From contig CAVYRF010000001.1 of the NCBI GenBank assembly GCA_963770895.1, forward strand, positions 1,408,001 through 1,472,000: a stretch of DNA of 64,000 nucleotides, in the 5' to 3' direction. Origin of the DNA: an uncultured Acidobacteriota bacterium. Lineage in GTDB: Bacteria > Acidobacteriota > Thermoanaerobaculia > Multivoradales > UBA5704. Below are positions 52,295 to 62,621 of the stretch, in pieces (position 1 is the first letter of the stretch; each line of letters opens with the position of its first letter). Made by a program: the position numbers and the translations under genes. The notes beneath the pieces were generated by a model that searched no databases, was not told the DNA's origin, and was given only the letters and a program-made list of their open reading frames with translations.

Positions 52295-54436
52295 GTCGCA
52301 ATCCCACCGCACGCATCAGGTCTTCTCCGACACCATGCCGGACGAGCGCTAGCGCCAGATTCGCGATCATCGTTAGTCGCAATCCCACCGCACGCTTCAG
52401 GTCTTCTCCGACGCAGAAGAGATCATCAAGCTCTACAAACTGCAAGCCACTTTGTCGCAATCCCACCGCACGCTTCAGGTCTTCTCCGACAGGAGTGATC
52501 GCGTTCCTGCTGTGGGGGGCATCAGAAAGTCGCAATCCCACCGCACGCTTCAGGTCTTCTCCGACTACAAGGAGTACGTCCGTGACGTCACGAGCGTCGC
52601 TCGTCGCAATCCCACCGCACGCTTCAGGTCTTCTCCGACCTCGACATGACCACCACCGAACAGATCAAGCTTCAGAAGTCGCAATCCCACCGCACGCTTC
52701 AGGTCTTCTCCGACTTCATCGTGGACTCGAACTGGGGCGTCAATCGGATGGGTCGCAATCCCACCGCACGCTTCAGGTCTTCTCCGACGCCGACTACGAC
52801 CACAAGACGGCGCTCGCAGCTTTCGTCGCAATCCCACCGCACGCTTCAGGTCTTCTCCGACGGGCCTATCGTTGAGATCAATCGACTGGATGGCGAAGTC
52901 GCAATCCCACCGCACGCTTCAGGTCTTCTCCGACCGTCCACTCGGACCGGCTCAACGGCAAGAGCGACAACGTGTCGCAATCCCACCGCACGCTTCAGGT
53001 CTTCTCCGACGCATCCGCTTCTACTACGATGGCGACCGCAGCACCTGGTAGTCGCAATCCCACCGCACGCTTCAGGTCTTCTCCGACTCGTCTGCGAGCT
53101 GAGCGACGAAGAGCTTGAGCTGAGTCGCAATCCCACCGCACGCTTCAGGTCTTCTCCGACTCGGACCCGCGAAGGCATCGATGTCAGCGGCCTTAAGTCG
53201 CAATCCCACCGCACGCTTCAGGTCTTCTCCGACAATGGCTGCGCGGCGCAGGTCCGATCCCTGCAAAAAGACGGTCGCAATCCCACCGCACGCTTCAGGT
53301 CTTCTCCGACTCGTACACGAATGTCTCAACCGATTCACTACTGGCGGAGTCGCAATCCCACCGCACGCTTCAGGTCTTCTCCGACGCTGATGGTCATGTT
53401 GTGTCTGGGCTTCACGGCAAACGGTCGCAATCCCACCGCACGCTTCAGGTCTTCTCCGACGCAGGTCCTCGGCGCCTCTCACAACACGAACGTCCAGAAG
53501 TCGCAATCCCACCGCACGCTTCAGGTCTTCTCCGACCCGTTTGGGAGAGGTTCAGCCGGCGGTCAGGACGCCTGGTCGCAATCCCACCGCACGCTTCAGG
53601 TCTTCTCCGACAGCCACCATGAGATGTATTAATACCCCTTTACATTGGACATGGTCGCAATCCCACCGCACGCTTCAGGTCTTCTCCGACGCGAATCCGA
53701 TTAGTCCAGAAATAGGTCTCGATACTCGTCGCAATCCCACCGCACGCTTCAGGTCTTCTCCGACAAGCGGTACCCGCGGTCGCTCACCCAGGTCAAGAAG
53801 GACGTCGCAATCCCACCGCACGCTTCAGGTCTTCTCCGACGTCGAGGTCCAGTTTCCAGGCCTGCTCGGCACGCACGTGTCGCAATCCCACCGCACGCTT
53901 CAGGTCTTCTCCGACGTACAGCGAGTGGATAGCTCGGAAGGTTCTGGATCAGGTCGCAATCCCACCGCACGCTTCAGGTCTTCTCCGACTCGGACCGACA
54001 AATCCCCTCTATCCGATCTTCTGGTACCGTCGCAATCCCACCGCACGCTTCAGGTCTTCTCCGACGTCGAATGCGACTATGACGCGATGCGCCAGACCGC
54101 AGTCGCAATCCCACCGCACGCTTCAGGTCTTCTCCGACCATTCACGCCGCCGAGCAGCGCTTCTGGGTGGCAGTCGTCGCAATCCCACCGCACGCTTCAG
54201 GTCTTCTCCGACGGAGTTTGACGGCCTTCAGTGTGCATGCCAGATGCTTGTCGTCGCAATCCCACCGCACGCTTCAGGTCTTCTCCGACTTTGGTCGAAT
54301 TCGTAGTCCATGCCGGTGTTGTTGAGTCGCAATCCCACCGCACGCTTCAGGTCTTCTCCGACTAGAAAGGAAAGGGAGGACACACGACATGGACTTAAAG
54401 TCGCAATCCCACCGCACGCTTCAGGTCTTCTCCGAC
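52295..54436 (-). CRISPR. CRISPR array 3: 29 repeats, 28 spacers
   Basis: Variant GTCGCAATCCCACCGCACGCTTCAGGTCTTCTCCGAC; the leftmost repeat equals the array 1 type. Confidence 0.98.
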
Positions 54437-54655
54437 TGCTGGATTTTTAACCTCCTTTCCATCAATGAGTTAAGGGCCATCCCGCCGTTACCTGGCAAAT
54501 GGCGCCCCCGCAACTCTCCGGTCGGGCGCGGTTTCAACTCCGCCTTGGAGGCGGAATTCTCTGAAACGACGCGGCTTGCAGCCGCGGCCGTTACCTGGGT
54601 GCCGATTTGGCGCAAACGGGTTGGCACGATTGATGCCATTCCATAAGCGTCATGA
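54437..54655 (-). promoter_or_regulatory. CRISPR leader 3
   Basis: Close homolog of leader 1. Confidence 0.8.
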
Positions 54656-55170
54656 TCAGACGACATAAACCTCCGGGTCTTCGGTTACCACGCCGGTCCC
54701 CAGGATCATGATCTTCGGAGCGCATTCCTGACAAATGCGATAGAGAGCTGCACGCGCGCCGAAGTCATTCAGCAGGTTGGACACCTTGGTGCGCCGGCGG
54801 TTGTCGACCACATCATACGAAATCAAGGTCAGCATGGGTACCGGAACCCCGCGTACGGCTCGCCATCGAGGAGGTGCCGAGCGAGCCGCTCCGCCTGGCG
54901 GCGGAAGATCTGGTGGAAGCAGAGCGCTTGCCGCCGAACGCCATCGGAGTCGTCAGCTCCTTCTCGTAGGCTATAAAGTTACGCTTGAGCGCCGGCGGCG
55001 TCAGGAAGACGCCGCGCTCGGCCGTGCCCGTGAAGTCCGCCGGTGCTGGCACGCCGAGGTTCAGAAGGCTCGTGGTCCAGCGGTCGACGAGCGGCGCGCG
55101 CAGCTCCTCGGGCGGGTCGAGCGCCAGGGAGGGGCGGCCGTAGGCCAGCTGATGATCCCCAGGTACGGGT
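54656..55170 (-). pseudogene. Degenerate cas2 (internal deletion) and cas1 3' fragment
   Basis: Paralogous to 37881-38500 with deletions and frameshifts. Confidence 0.9.
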
Positions 55171-55383
55171 CGAGGCTCCGGGGACTGTCTGCCTTGCCGC
55201 GCCCCGGATAGACGGTGCGTTACTGAGTAGGTCGCCAAGCTCGCTTCTTACTTGCGCCTGCGGATACGCTTCCGTCCGTCGACTTCCCGACTTCCGCGCT
55301 GCCTTATCAGCTCTCTTCGCATTGAAGCCGACAGAGGGCCTACCAAAGCACGATCTGATCTCAGATTTCCCGCATCCGGTTAA

Positions 55384-56886
55384 CTCTACTTTGTCAGATT
55401 TCGGAAGCGCTTGATTCCAAGGCGGTTAGCTCTTAGAATTGGGCTGGAAAGTATGATTTCTCGCCGAGACCAGATGCTTCCCCCCCTCAAAGGACCATAG
55501 TCGGAAGGAGAGACGCTATGCCCCAGCTCCCCTGCAAGAGCTGGGAGCGCGATTCCTGGCCTTTCAGCGGGGATTTGCGCTTCTTTTCCGCCTGCGGACC
55601 CGAGACGTGAACTTGCAAGCACGGGCGTATCTGAGCGGTTTGTTGCAGGCCGCAAAGCGCAACGTCCAGCGGATGGCAGAGGTGGTGCCCGGCACCGAGG
55701 CTCAGGCACTGCACCACTTTCTCGCTCATTCGCCCTGGGATGCGCGAGCCGTCATGGATCAAGTGGCGAAAGAGGTCGGCGGGCTGTTGGGCGGAGATCA
55801 GGACACCTGCCTGCTGCTCGACGAGACCTGCTTTGCGAAGAAAGGCGTTCGGTCGGTGGGCGTAGCTCGGCAGTGGTTCGGCTTGCAGGGCAAGACGGAT
55901 AACTGCCAGGTGGCGGTCTTCGCCGCCTTGGCGCGAGGCAAGCGGGTCAGCCTGATCGATGCGGAGCTGTACCTGCCGCGGGAGTGGGTCGAGGATCCAA
56001 TGCGATGTGCCGCGGCGGGTGTGCCGGTTGAGCGCCGCGTGATGAAGACGAAGCCAGCGTTGGCTCTGGATCTGGTTCGACGAGCACGACGCAACGGAGT
56101 GCACTTCGCCTGGGTGGCGGCGGATGGGACGTATGGTCAGGATCGCGCTCTGCTGCGCGCCCTCGACGACGCCGATGAGACGTTTGTCATCGATGTTCAC
56201 CGGGACCAACGGGTCTTTCTTGACAACCCGCGTCGGGCCAAACGACGTCGGGCGACACCGGAGTCTCGCGCTGAAGACTTGCGTGTGGACGAATGGGTTG
56301 CTCGCCAACCGGCCGCAGCATGGCAAGAAGTATGGGTCCGGCGCGGGACCCAAGGGGAGCTTCGTGTGCAAGCCCTGCGTTGCCGCGTCTGGGTGCGCGA
56401 AGCCACAGAGACCCAAGCCCGCTGTTGGCAGTTGATCGTGACGCGCGAGATCGGTGCGCCCGACACCACCAAGTACAGCTTCAGCAATGCCGCCGAGCAG
56501 ACCTCTTTGCAACGGTTGGCTTATATGCAGCGGCAGCGCTACTGGGTCGAACGTGCCTTCCAGGAAGCCAAGAACGAGGCCGGCATGGACGAATACCAGG
56601 CGCGAAGCTGGCAAGCTTGGTATCACCACATGGCCCTCGTCATGATGGCGCTGCTTTTCATTCTGAAAGAAAAGCAGTTGCAGAGCGAGGCTCTTCCTCT
56701 CCTGAGTGCTGCCGACGTGAAACATCTGCTCGTTCGGCTCTTACCCCGGCGGGACCTCGACATCGAGGAGTCGATCCGTCAGGTGCAGAGCCGGCACCGC
56801 CAACGTCAAGCCGCTATCGACTCTGCTTCTCGCCGACAGCAAGAATCCAGGGCCTCTACCTCGTCGACGAATCTGACAAAGTAGAG
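55384..56886 (+). mobile_element. IS701-family insertion sequence
   Basis: 17-bp IRs CTCTACTTTGTCAGATT / AATCTGACAAAGTAGAG, flanked by TTAA on both sides. Confidence 0.9.
55607..56884 (+). CDS. IS701-family DDE transposase
   Basis: DETCFAKKG..SVGVARQW.G..GKTDNCQV, ADGTYG, RYWVERAFQEAK..GMD.YQ.RSW. Confidence 0.93.
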   Translation: MNLQARAYLSGLLQAAKRNVQRMAEVVPGTEAQALHHFLAHSPWDARAVMDQVAKEVGGLLGGDQDTCLLLDETCFAKKGVRSVGVARQWFGLQGKTDNCQVAVFAALARGKRVSLIDAELYLPREWVEDPMRCAAAGVPVERRVMKTKPALALDLVRRARRNGVHFAWVAADGTYGQDRALLRALDDADETFVIDVHRDQRVFLDNPRRAKRRRATPESRAEDLRVDEWVARQPAAAWQEVWVRRGTQGELRVQALRCRVWVREATETQARCWQLIVTREIGAPDTTKYSFSNAAEQTSLQRLAYMQRQRYWVERAFQEAKNEAGMDEYQARSWQAWYHHMALVMMALLFILKEKQLQSEALPLLSAADVKHLLVRLLPRRDLDIEESIRQVQSRHRQRQAAIDSASRRQQESRASTSSTNLTK

Positions 56887-56929
56887 TTAATGCTCGAAAG
56901 AGGACTTCCTCGGCTGCTTTGTGGCCGCT

Positions 56930-58687
56930 TCAATGTGGCGGACCGTGCGATGCCGGACCGGCCGCACTCGGGGCCTTGGCTTGCTCTTGAAGGTACCGCA
57001 GCGGGTGGAAGAGCAGCTTCTGGTAGCCGGTGGCAGACGGATCGCGCATCGCCGCAAGCTGCGCCTGGAGATTTCTTCCCCAATGGATGCGGTCCAGGCT
57101 TTTCGTGCGGACCGCTTCGCCTGCGGCGAGGAACCAGGCGATGCGTGGGGCCGAAAAGCTGGTGCCGTAGACATCGTCGGTCACGGTGCCGTCGAAGCCC
57201 GCGGCCAAGGCCAGATCGATGTCCCCTGCCTCGACAAGGGTGGAGTCCGGAGCGACGCCGGCAGGGGTCATGTTGATGACGGCCATGGTGTCCGTGGAGT
57301 TCTCGGATCGCTGAGCAAAATCGAGGAGATGGGTCGTCCCGTCGTTGCCCGCGGCGGCGGTCACCACCCCATAGAGTGGACTGTCATACAACACTCTGTA
57401 CTTTCCGTCGTGCCGCACCGTCCAGGATTCGCTGGCCAGAAAAACCGTGGAAGCCTCTTCGGCATAGGCCTGGCCGATGAGCAGCACGGCGTCCATCACC
57501 GAGTTGTCGGTCTCGACTTCGTCTCCCGTCCAGCGCACGGGGAAGTGCTTTGCGACGAGCGCGGTGGCATAGCTGCGGGCGGCGCCGATGATCTGCGTGT
57601 TCAGGGCGACTCCTCGGGCGGCCCTCAATTGCAGCAGGTCGCTGGTCTGCAATAGGTCGGTCAGGATAGTACTCCCTCCCTGTTCGCGGGTCATCGGGAC
57701 ATAGATGACCCTGACCCGCCGGGGGCCTCCCTGGTCCAGCGCCCGCAGCTCACGCAGCGCCCGTTCAATGCACCGGCAATGATCGTGGCTGGCGGGGAGC
57801 CACGTTTTTTGAGCAGCGGGCTTCTGGAACGGCCGGCCGAAGTTTTCTTGCCAGACCTTGTCGAGAACCTCGTACAGTGTGTCACGGGACTCGCGATAGG
57901 CCTCCGGCGAAGGCCATCCCGTGTCGAGCACGAAGACCACCGGGGCGCGTTGGCCGTGTTCCATGAGCAGGCGCGAGATCTGCTCCTTGTCGCCGGCGGC
58001 AAGGGTGAGGTGATCGCGTTCCGGGGGCTCGGTATCGCATTTGCTCACGTCGGCTAGTTTCACCGGCATGGACTGGGTGAACTCCTTCACGGTCCCGGGG
58101 TCGAAGGCATCTGACGAGGCCAGGTGGTCGGCGACGGCCGCCGGCAGCTCGAACGCCAGCACCTCGAAGGGGCGGCGGTAGACGCGCTCCTCGATGGCGT
58201 CCCGCACCGCCTCGGGATCGCCGAACGCTTTGTCGGTGAGGGAGATCTTCTCGAAATGCCGTACCGATAGGCGCTCGTGGCGGCTCAGATCGTCGACCAG
58301 CTTGTCGGCTTCTGCCGCCGAGTCCGGGGAGTGCACGAGCCAGATGCGGCGGAGCGTCGCGGCGTGGTATTCGATCGCTTTGCGCGCGGTGGCGGCGCCG
58401 TCGCCGGAGCTCACGAGCGCGACCAGACCCTGGCATTCGCCGGCCCGGTGCTGGCGCGCCGTCGGCACCGGGCTCAGCGGCAGGAATCTGCGCACGATCG
58501 GCGGGGCGAGAAGCGTCAGGATCGCGAGCGGCACGACGAGAGCCAGGAGCCAGCGCGCCGCGGCGTTGTGCTGCAGCCAGTTGGAGTTGATGTTGGCGCT
58601 CAGGCTGAGCAAGTAGCCGACGATATAAAAGAGCAATGGGATTCGTTCCGCGGTGATCAACCCGGCGCGCAGGTCGGAAAGTTTCAT
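56930..58687 (-). CDS. Chimeric 2TM-partial CARF-S8 subtilase-like protein
   Basis: First ~171 codons identical to the 42585-43325 gene; then VFVLDTGW, DHCR, AAAGNDG, YGTSFSAP in one open frame. Confidence 0.75.
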   Translation of the reverse strand: MKLSDLRAGLITAERIPLLFYIVGYLLSLSANINSNWLQHNAAARWLLALVVPLAILTLLAPPIVRRFLPLSPVPTARQHRAGECQGLVALVSSGDGAATARKAIEYHAATLRRIWLVHSPDSAAEADKLVDDLSRHERLSVRHFEKISLTDKAFGDPEAVRDAIEERVYRRPFEVLAFELPAAVADHLASSDAFDPGTVKEFTQSMPVKLADVSKCDTEPPERDHLTLAAGDKEQISRLLMEHGQRAPVVFVLDTGWPSPEAYRESRDTLYEVLDKVWQENFGRPFQKPAAQKTWLPASHDHCRCIERALRELRALDQGGPRRVRVIYVPMTREQGGSTILTDLLQTSDLLQLRAARGVALNTQIIGAARSYATALVAKHFPVRWTGDEVETDNSVMDAVLLIGQAYAEEASTVFLASESWTVRHDGKYRVLYDSPLYGVVTAAAGNDGTTHLLDFAQRSENSTDTMAVINMTPAGVAPDSTLVEAGDIDLALAAGFDGTVTDDVYGTSFSAPRIAWFLAAGEAVRTKSLDRIHWGRNLQAQLAAMRDPSATGYQKLLFHPLRYLQEQAKAPSAAGPASHGPPH

Positions 58688-58861
58688 GGGTGTGGCCTCG
58701 GCATGGGTCGCGATATTGCAATATGCGGAAGTGCAAGCATCGCTGCATCGCTGCATCGCGCGGTGCGCTCAACATGATCTTTGCGGACGTGTCGCTTTCA
58801 AACGTTTGGTCTGGGGTCATCTTATAGTAGCCTACAGAGCAAGCAACTTCGGAAGTCGCTC

Positions 58862-60418
58862 ATGGAAGACCTGGAAGCACAGCTGCTCGCCGGCCTGGCC
58901 AGGGCCCTGCGCGTCGCGCCCGGCGACGGTCTGCGAAGCTACATCGCGACCGGTCGCGGCAGCCAGTCGGGGCGCGCCAAGCTGCTGGCCTGGGATGCCA
59001 ACAGCATCCACGCCTTTGTCTTCGACACCACGAACCCCACCGGGATCCGCGGCGCAAGCGACATTCTGCGGTCGATCGACGACGAGGTGCGCCGGGGCCG
59101 GGCTCTGGGCCTTGACGCCGGGCAGGTGCTCTTCGCCGGCGGCGGCAGCGGTCTCGCGATCGTCGCCCACGCCGAGGTCGAGTCCGCCGCGAGGCACCTC
59201 CATACGCTCTTTGCCACGCGCACCCGCATCGCCACCTGCACCGTGGCGAGCGTGGATCTGATCGCTGAGGCGGGCTTCGACGAGTGCGTCCGCCAGGCCG
59301 GCCGAGCGCTGGCGCGGGAGCGGGTGCTGACCGGCCCCGACGCCGAGCCGGCCGTGCCCTTTTTCGTGCAGCGCTGCCGGGTGTGTGGACGCCGCGCCGC
59401 CGCACGTTCCGAGCGGCGCCTGTCGTCGCCCGGTGAGCCGCGTGCGGAATGCGAGCCGTGCTACCTGCGCATCGAGCGGGGCAAGCAGAACGTCCACTAC
59501 CAGGGCGAGCCCACGGATTTCCAGGCCATCGCCGACGGCGACGGCTGGTACGCGGTCCTATACCTCGACGGCAACGGCATCGGCAAGGCGTTGACGCGGC
59601 TGCCGAGCCCGTTGCGCTATGCCTGTTTCTCGCGCGCGATCGCGAGCGTCTTCGCGGACAGCTTTCATCACACCGCCGCCAGCTACGGTCTGGACGAGGA
59701 TGGTGGCTCCGGAAGAGGCGGTTTTCAGCTGCCGATCTGCGGCGGCGACGACGTGGTGGCGGTGCTGCCCGGCGATGCCGCGGTACCGTTCGCCCGCGAC
59801 CTGCTGGCGGGCGTCGAGGCCGCTGCCGACGCGCATCCCGATCTTGCCGGCCAGGCGATCGGTGCCGCGGCGGGCGTCGCCCTGGCGCACCTGGGCTTCC
59901 CCTTGCGCCACCTGCTTGCCGAGGCCCACGGCCTGCTGGCCGAGGCCAAGCGCCGCCGGTACGACGACGAAAGCCGCAGCTCCCTGAGCTTCAGCGTGGT
60001 CACCGACGGCTCGCCGCGCAGCGAGACGCGGGAGCCCGAGCGCTGGGCGCGCCAGGCGGGGGAGCTGCTGCTGTCGGGGCGCCCCTACGGCCTCGACGAG
60101 TTCGCCAAGTTCAGCCGCCGGCTGCGCCAGATCCGCGATTCCGGTCTCGCCCGCACGCAGCTCCACGCCCTGCACGCCCACGCCGCGCGCGGTCCGGCGC
60201 AGTTCAGAAACCACGTGCTGTATCAGATCGGCCGCCGGAAGGAATGGCGCACGCTGACCGGTACGCTCGGCGGCGGCGCGGCCGTGGTGCGCGATCCAGG
60301 CGTGTGCCTCGACCAGTTCTTGCCGACCTACGGCGGGCGGCAGGTCTTCGACGTCGCCGACATGCTCGAGCTGACCCCTCATTGGCGGGAGCCCGCCGCC
60401 GCGATCGCCCCGCAATGA
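58862..60418 (+). CDS. cas10: Second Cas10, HD-less, intact cyclase palm
   Basis: IHAFVF..IRGAS, FAGGG, CRVC..CEPC, YLDGNGIG, GGDD. Confidence 0.9.
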   Translation: MEDLEAQLLAGLARALRVAPGDGLRSYIATGRGSQSGRAKLLAWDANSIHAFVFDTTNPTGIRGASDILRSIDDEVRRGRALGLDAGQVLFAGGGSGLAIVAHAEVESAARHLHTLFATRTRIATCTVASVDLIAEAGFDECVRQAGRALARERVLTGPDAEPAVPFFVQRCRVCGRRAAARSERRLSSPGEPRAECEPCYLRIERGKQNVHYQGEPTDFQAIADGDGWYAVLYLDGNGIGKALTRLPSPLRYACFSRAIASVFADSFHHTAASYGLDEDGGSGRGGFQLPICGGDDVVAVLPGDAAVPFARDLLAGVEAAADAHPDLAGQAIGAAAGVALAHLGFPLRHLLAEAHGLLAEAKRRRYDDESRSSLSFSVVTDGSPRSETREPERWARQAGELLLSGRPYGLDEFAKFSRRLRQIRDSGLARTQLHALHAHAARGPAQFRNHVLYQIGRRKEWRTLTGTLGGGAAVVRDPGVCLDQFLPTYGGRQVFDVADMLELTPHWREPAAAIAPQ

Positions 60419-62154
60419 GACGCTTCCCGATCGTCGTCGAGCCCTTCGGGTCGCTGTTCGTCGGCGGCTATGCCGGCGCCTCGGACGGGGCCGACGCCGA
60501 TACCGCCGCCGATCCGCTCGGGCTTCTGCTTCCCGGCAGCGCTGTCAAGGGAGCGCTGCGCGAATCCGCCGTGCGGCTGGTCAATGCGCTCGGTCGCGGC
60601 GACGAGCTGCGGCGCCGCCTGTTCGGCGAGGTGGACGGGCCGGGGCTTCTGCGCTGCGGCGTGCTCCGCCCGCATCTGCCGGGCGCCGGCGCGGCTGTCG
60701 ACCTCCCCGGCTCGGTGCGCAACCACGTGAGCCTCGAGCGGGCGACGCGGCAGGCTGCGGCACAGCGTCTCTTCCAGCACCGGGTGACGCCGGCGCTGCC
60801 GGCGTTGCGTTTCGAGGGGCTGCTCGAAGCGAGCGAGGAGCTGAGCGAGGACGAGCTGGGGCTGCTGCGTTGCGCGGCGCGGATCACCGACCAGGTCGGC
60901 GGCGGCAGGGGACGGGGCCTCGGCCTGGTGACGGTCACCTTGGGCGATCCCGTGCCCGCGGACGGGGGGGCGCCGGTGCCTGCCGAGGAGGCCGGCGGGG
61001 CCGAAGCGGCCGCTACGGCGAGCAAGCCGCTCCTGCGGAGCACGTCCGGCGAAGGCGGCGCCGCGGCGGCGATCGTTCTCTGCCTGGAAGCGCACGAGCC
61101 GCTGCACCTTGCCGGGGTGAAGGATCTGACCAACCACGCGCCGAGCCGCGACTTCATCGAGGGCAGCGCGCTGCGCGGCGCGGTGGCGGCGGCTCTGGCC
61201 GGCGAGGTCGCCGCGGCGGAGCTGGAGGATCTGTTGGGCCCCATCTCGCCCGCGGTCTTCGGCGACGCGCGGCCCGGCGACGCCGGCGCCGTGCCTGCGC
61301 CTTTGTCGCTGCGGGTGCCGAAGGGCAGCGGGCGGCCGGTCGACGAGGCGGCCCGGCTGTGCGCCGCATCGTGCGGTGGCCGCGGCGGCGCGCTTCTCGA
61401 GGACACCCGCGCGGCAGGTGGCACCTGGGTCCGGGGAGCGGAGGGTTGGTCGGCGATCGCGCTGCCGCGGCGCATCGTCATCCGCACGGCCCGCGATGCG
61501 GCGAGCGGCCGCAGTGCCGAGGGGAAGCTCTTCTCGCTCGAGGTGCTGGACCCGGCGGCCGTCCCCGCCGAACGCGCTGCCGGCACCGGCGCCGCGGCCG
61601 TCGGCAGGCTCCGTTTCTACGCTGCGGTCGCAGGCAGTCGCCAGCAGCTCGCCCTGGTCGTGGCGGCCGCCCGCAGCGGCCTGGTCGTCGGGGGAGAGCG
61701 CAGCTACGGCTGCGGGCGGCTGCATCTGGTCGGCGCCAGCAGCGAGCCGCCGCTCCTGCCGTGCGCGGTACGCCACGCCGCCTGGGTGCAGGTCGTCGGC
61801 CGCCTCGGGGTCCCGGCGCCCGAATCGACCGGCGTGCTGCTCGCTCTCGGGCCGCTTGCCGTCACCCAGGAGCGGCTGCTTGCGGCGCTCCGTGCCGCCG
61901 GGCTCGAGCTGCGGCAGGGCGTCTCGCGGCGGCAGATGCACGGCGGCTGGAATGCCCGCCTGCGGCTGCCGCGCACGCTGGCGGGCGCCTTCGTGCCGGG
62001 TTCGACGTTCGTCGTGGCGCGGCCGGATGGGCGGTCGGCCCTCGACGCGCTGGCCGAAATCGAGATGAGGGGAATCGGTCCCGGCCGGGCAGATGGCTGG
62101 GGCCGCGTCGCCGTCTGCCACCCGATCCACGTCGACTGCCATCAGGAGGAATGA
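60415..62154 (+). CDS. Cas7-Cas5 fusion RAMP (Csx10-like)
   Basis: LPGSAVKGALR..GGGRGRGLG, then IEGSALRGA..GERSYGCG..GRADGWG. Confidence 0.82.
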   Translation: MRRFPIVVEPFGSLFVGGYAGASDGADADTAADPLGLLLPGSAVKGALRESAVRLVNALGRGDELRRRLFGEVDGPGLLRCGVLRPHLPGAGAAVDLPGSVRNHVSLERATRQAAAQRLFQHRVTPALPALRFEGLLEASEELSEDELGLLRCAARITDQVGGGRGRGLGLVTVTLGDPVPADGGAPVPAEEAGGAEAAATASKPLLRSTSGEGGAAAAIVLCLEAHEPLHLAGVKDLTNHAPSRDFIEGSALRGAVAAALAGEVAAAELEDLLGPISPAVFGDARPGDAGAVPAPLSLRVPKGSGRPVDEAARLCAASCGGRGGALLEDTRAAGGTWVRGAEGWSAIALPRRIVIRTARDAASGRSAEGKLFSLEVLDPAAVPAERAAGTGAAAVGRLRFYAAVAGSRQQLALVVAAARSGLVVGGERSYGCGRLHLVGASSEPPLLPCAVRHAAWVQVVGRLGVPAPESTGVLLALGPLAVTQERLLAALRAAGLELRQGVSRRQMHGGWNARLRLPRTLAGAFVPGSTFVVARPDGRSALDALAEIEMRGIGPGRADGWGRVAVCHPIHVDCHQEE

Positions 62155-62621
62155 CCGTGCAAGCCCTTTCGCACACGCAGCGGCGGGCCATCGACCGCGC
62201 CAAGGAGCTGCTCGTCCCCAGGGCCGAGGGGCTGCTCGACGACTTCCAGGTCCAGCCGAGCAGGGATTTCGGCGAGTCGCAGCTGCGCAACCTGCTGGCG
62301 GTCGCGGCCGAGACCGAGTCGCCCGCCGCCGTGCTCAACTTCATCCGCTACCAGATCGGGCGCGACAAAAGGCACCTGCGGGGCTGGGCGCGCGGCGCCG
62401 AAGGATCGCGGTTGGGCGACCGGTTCATCAGCGAGCTGGGAGAGGGACCGGAGGCAGCGGTGGGGCAGGCTCTGGCGACGGTGCCCGACCTTGCCGACCC
62501 GCTCACTCGGCAGCTGGCGCGCATCGAGCTGATGCGCCATTTCATCGGCTTTGCGAGCCGTTACATGCGGTATCTGGCGCTTGGGGTTAGCCAGGCGGAT
62601 GGGGGAGGGGATCCCGCATGA
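62151..62621 (+). CDS. Putative Cas11/small subunit
   Basis: SQLRNLL..FIRYQIGR helical pattern; AGGAGG RBS. Confidence 0.7.
   Translation: MTVQALSHTQRRAIDRAKELLVPRAEGLLDDFQVQPSRDFGESQLRNLLAVAAETESPAAVLNFIRYQIGRDKRHLRGWARGAEGSRLGDRFISELGEGPEAAVGQALATVPDLADPLTRQLARIELMRHFIGFASRYMRYLALGVSQADGGGDPA

Noticed and set aside
36363-54436. Self-targeting spacers against the satellite or the rest of the window
   Set aside because: None recognised by eye; an exhaustive alignment is needed to exclude them
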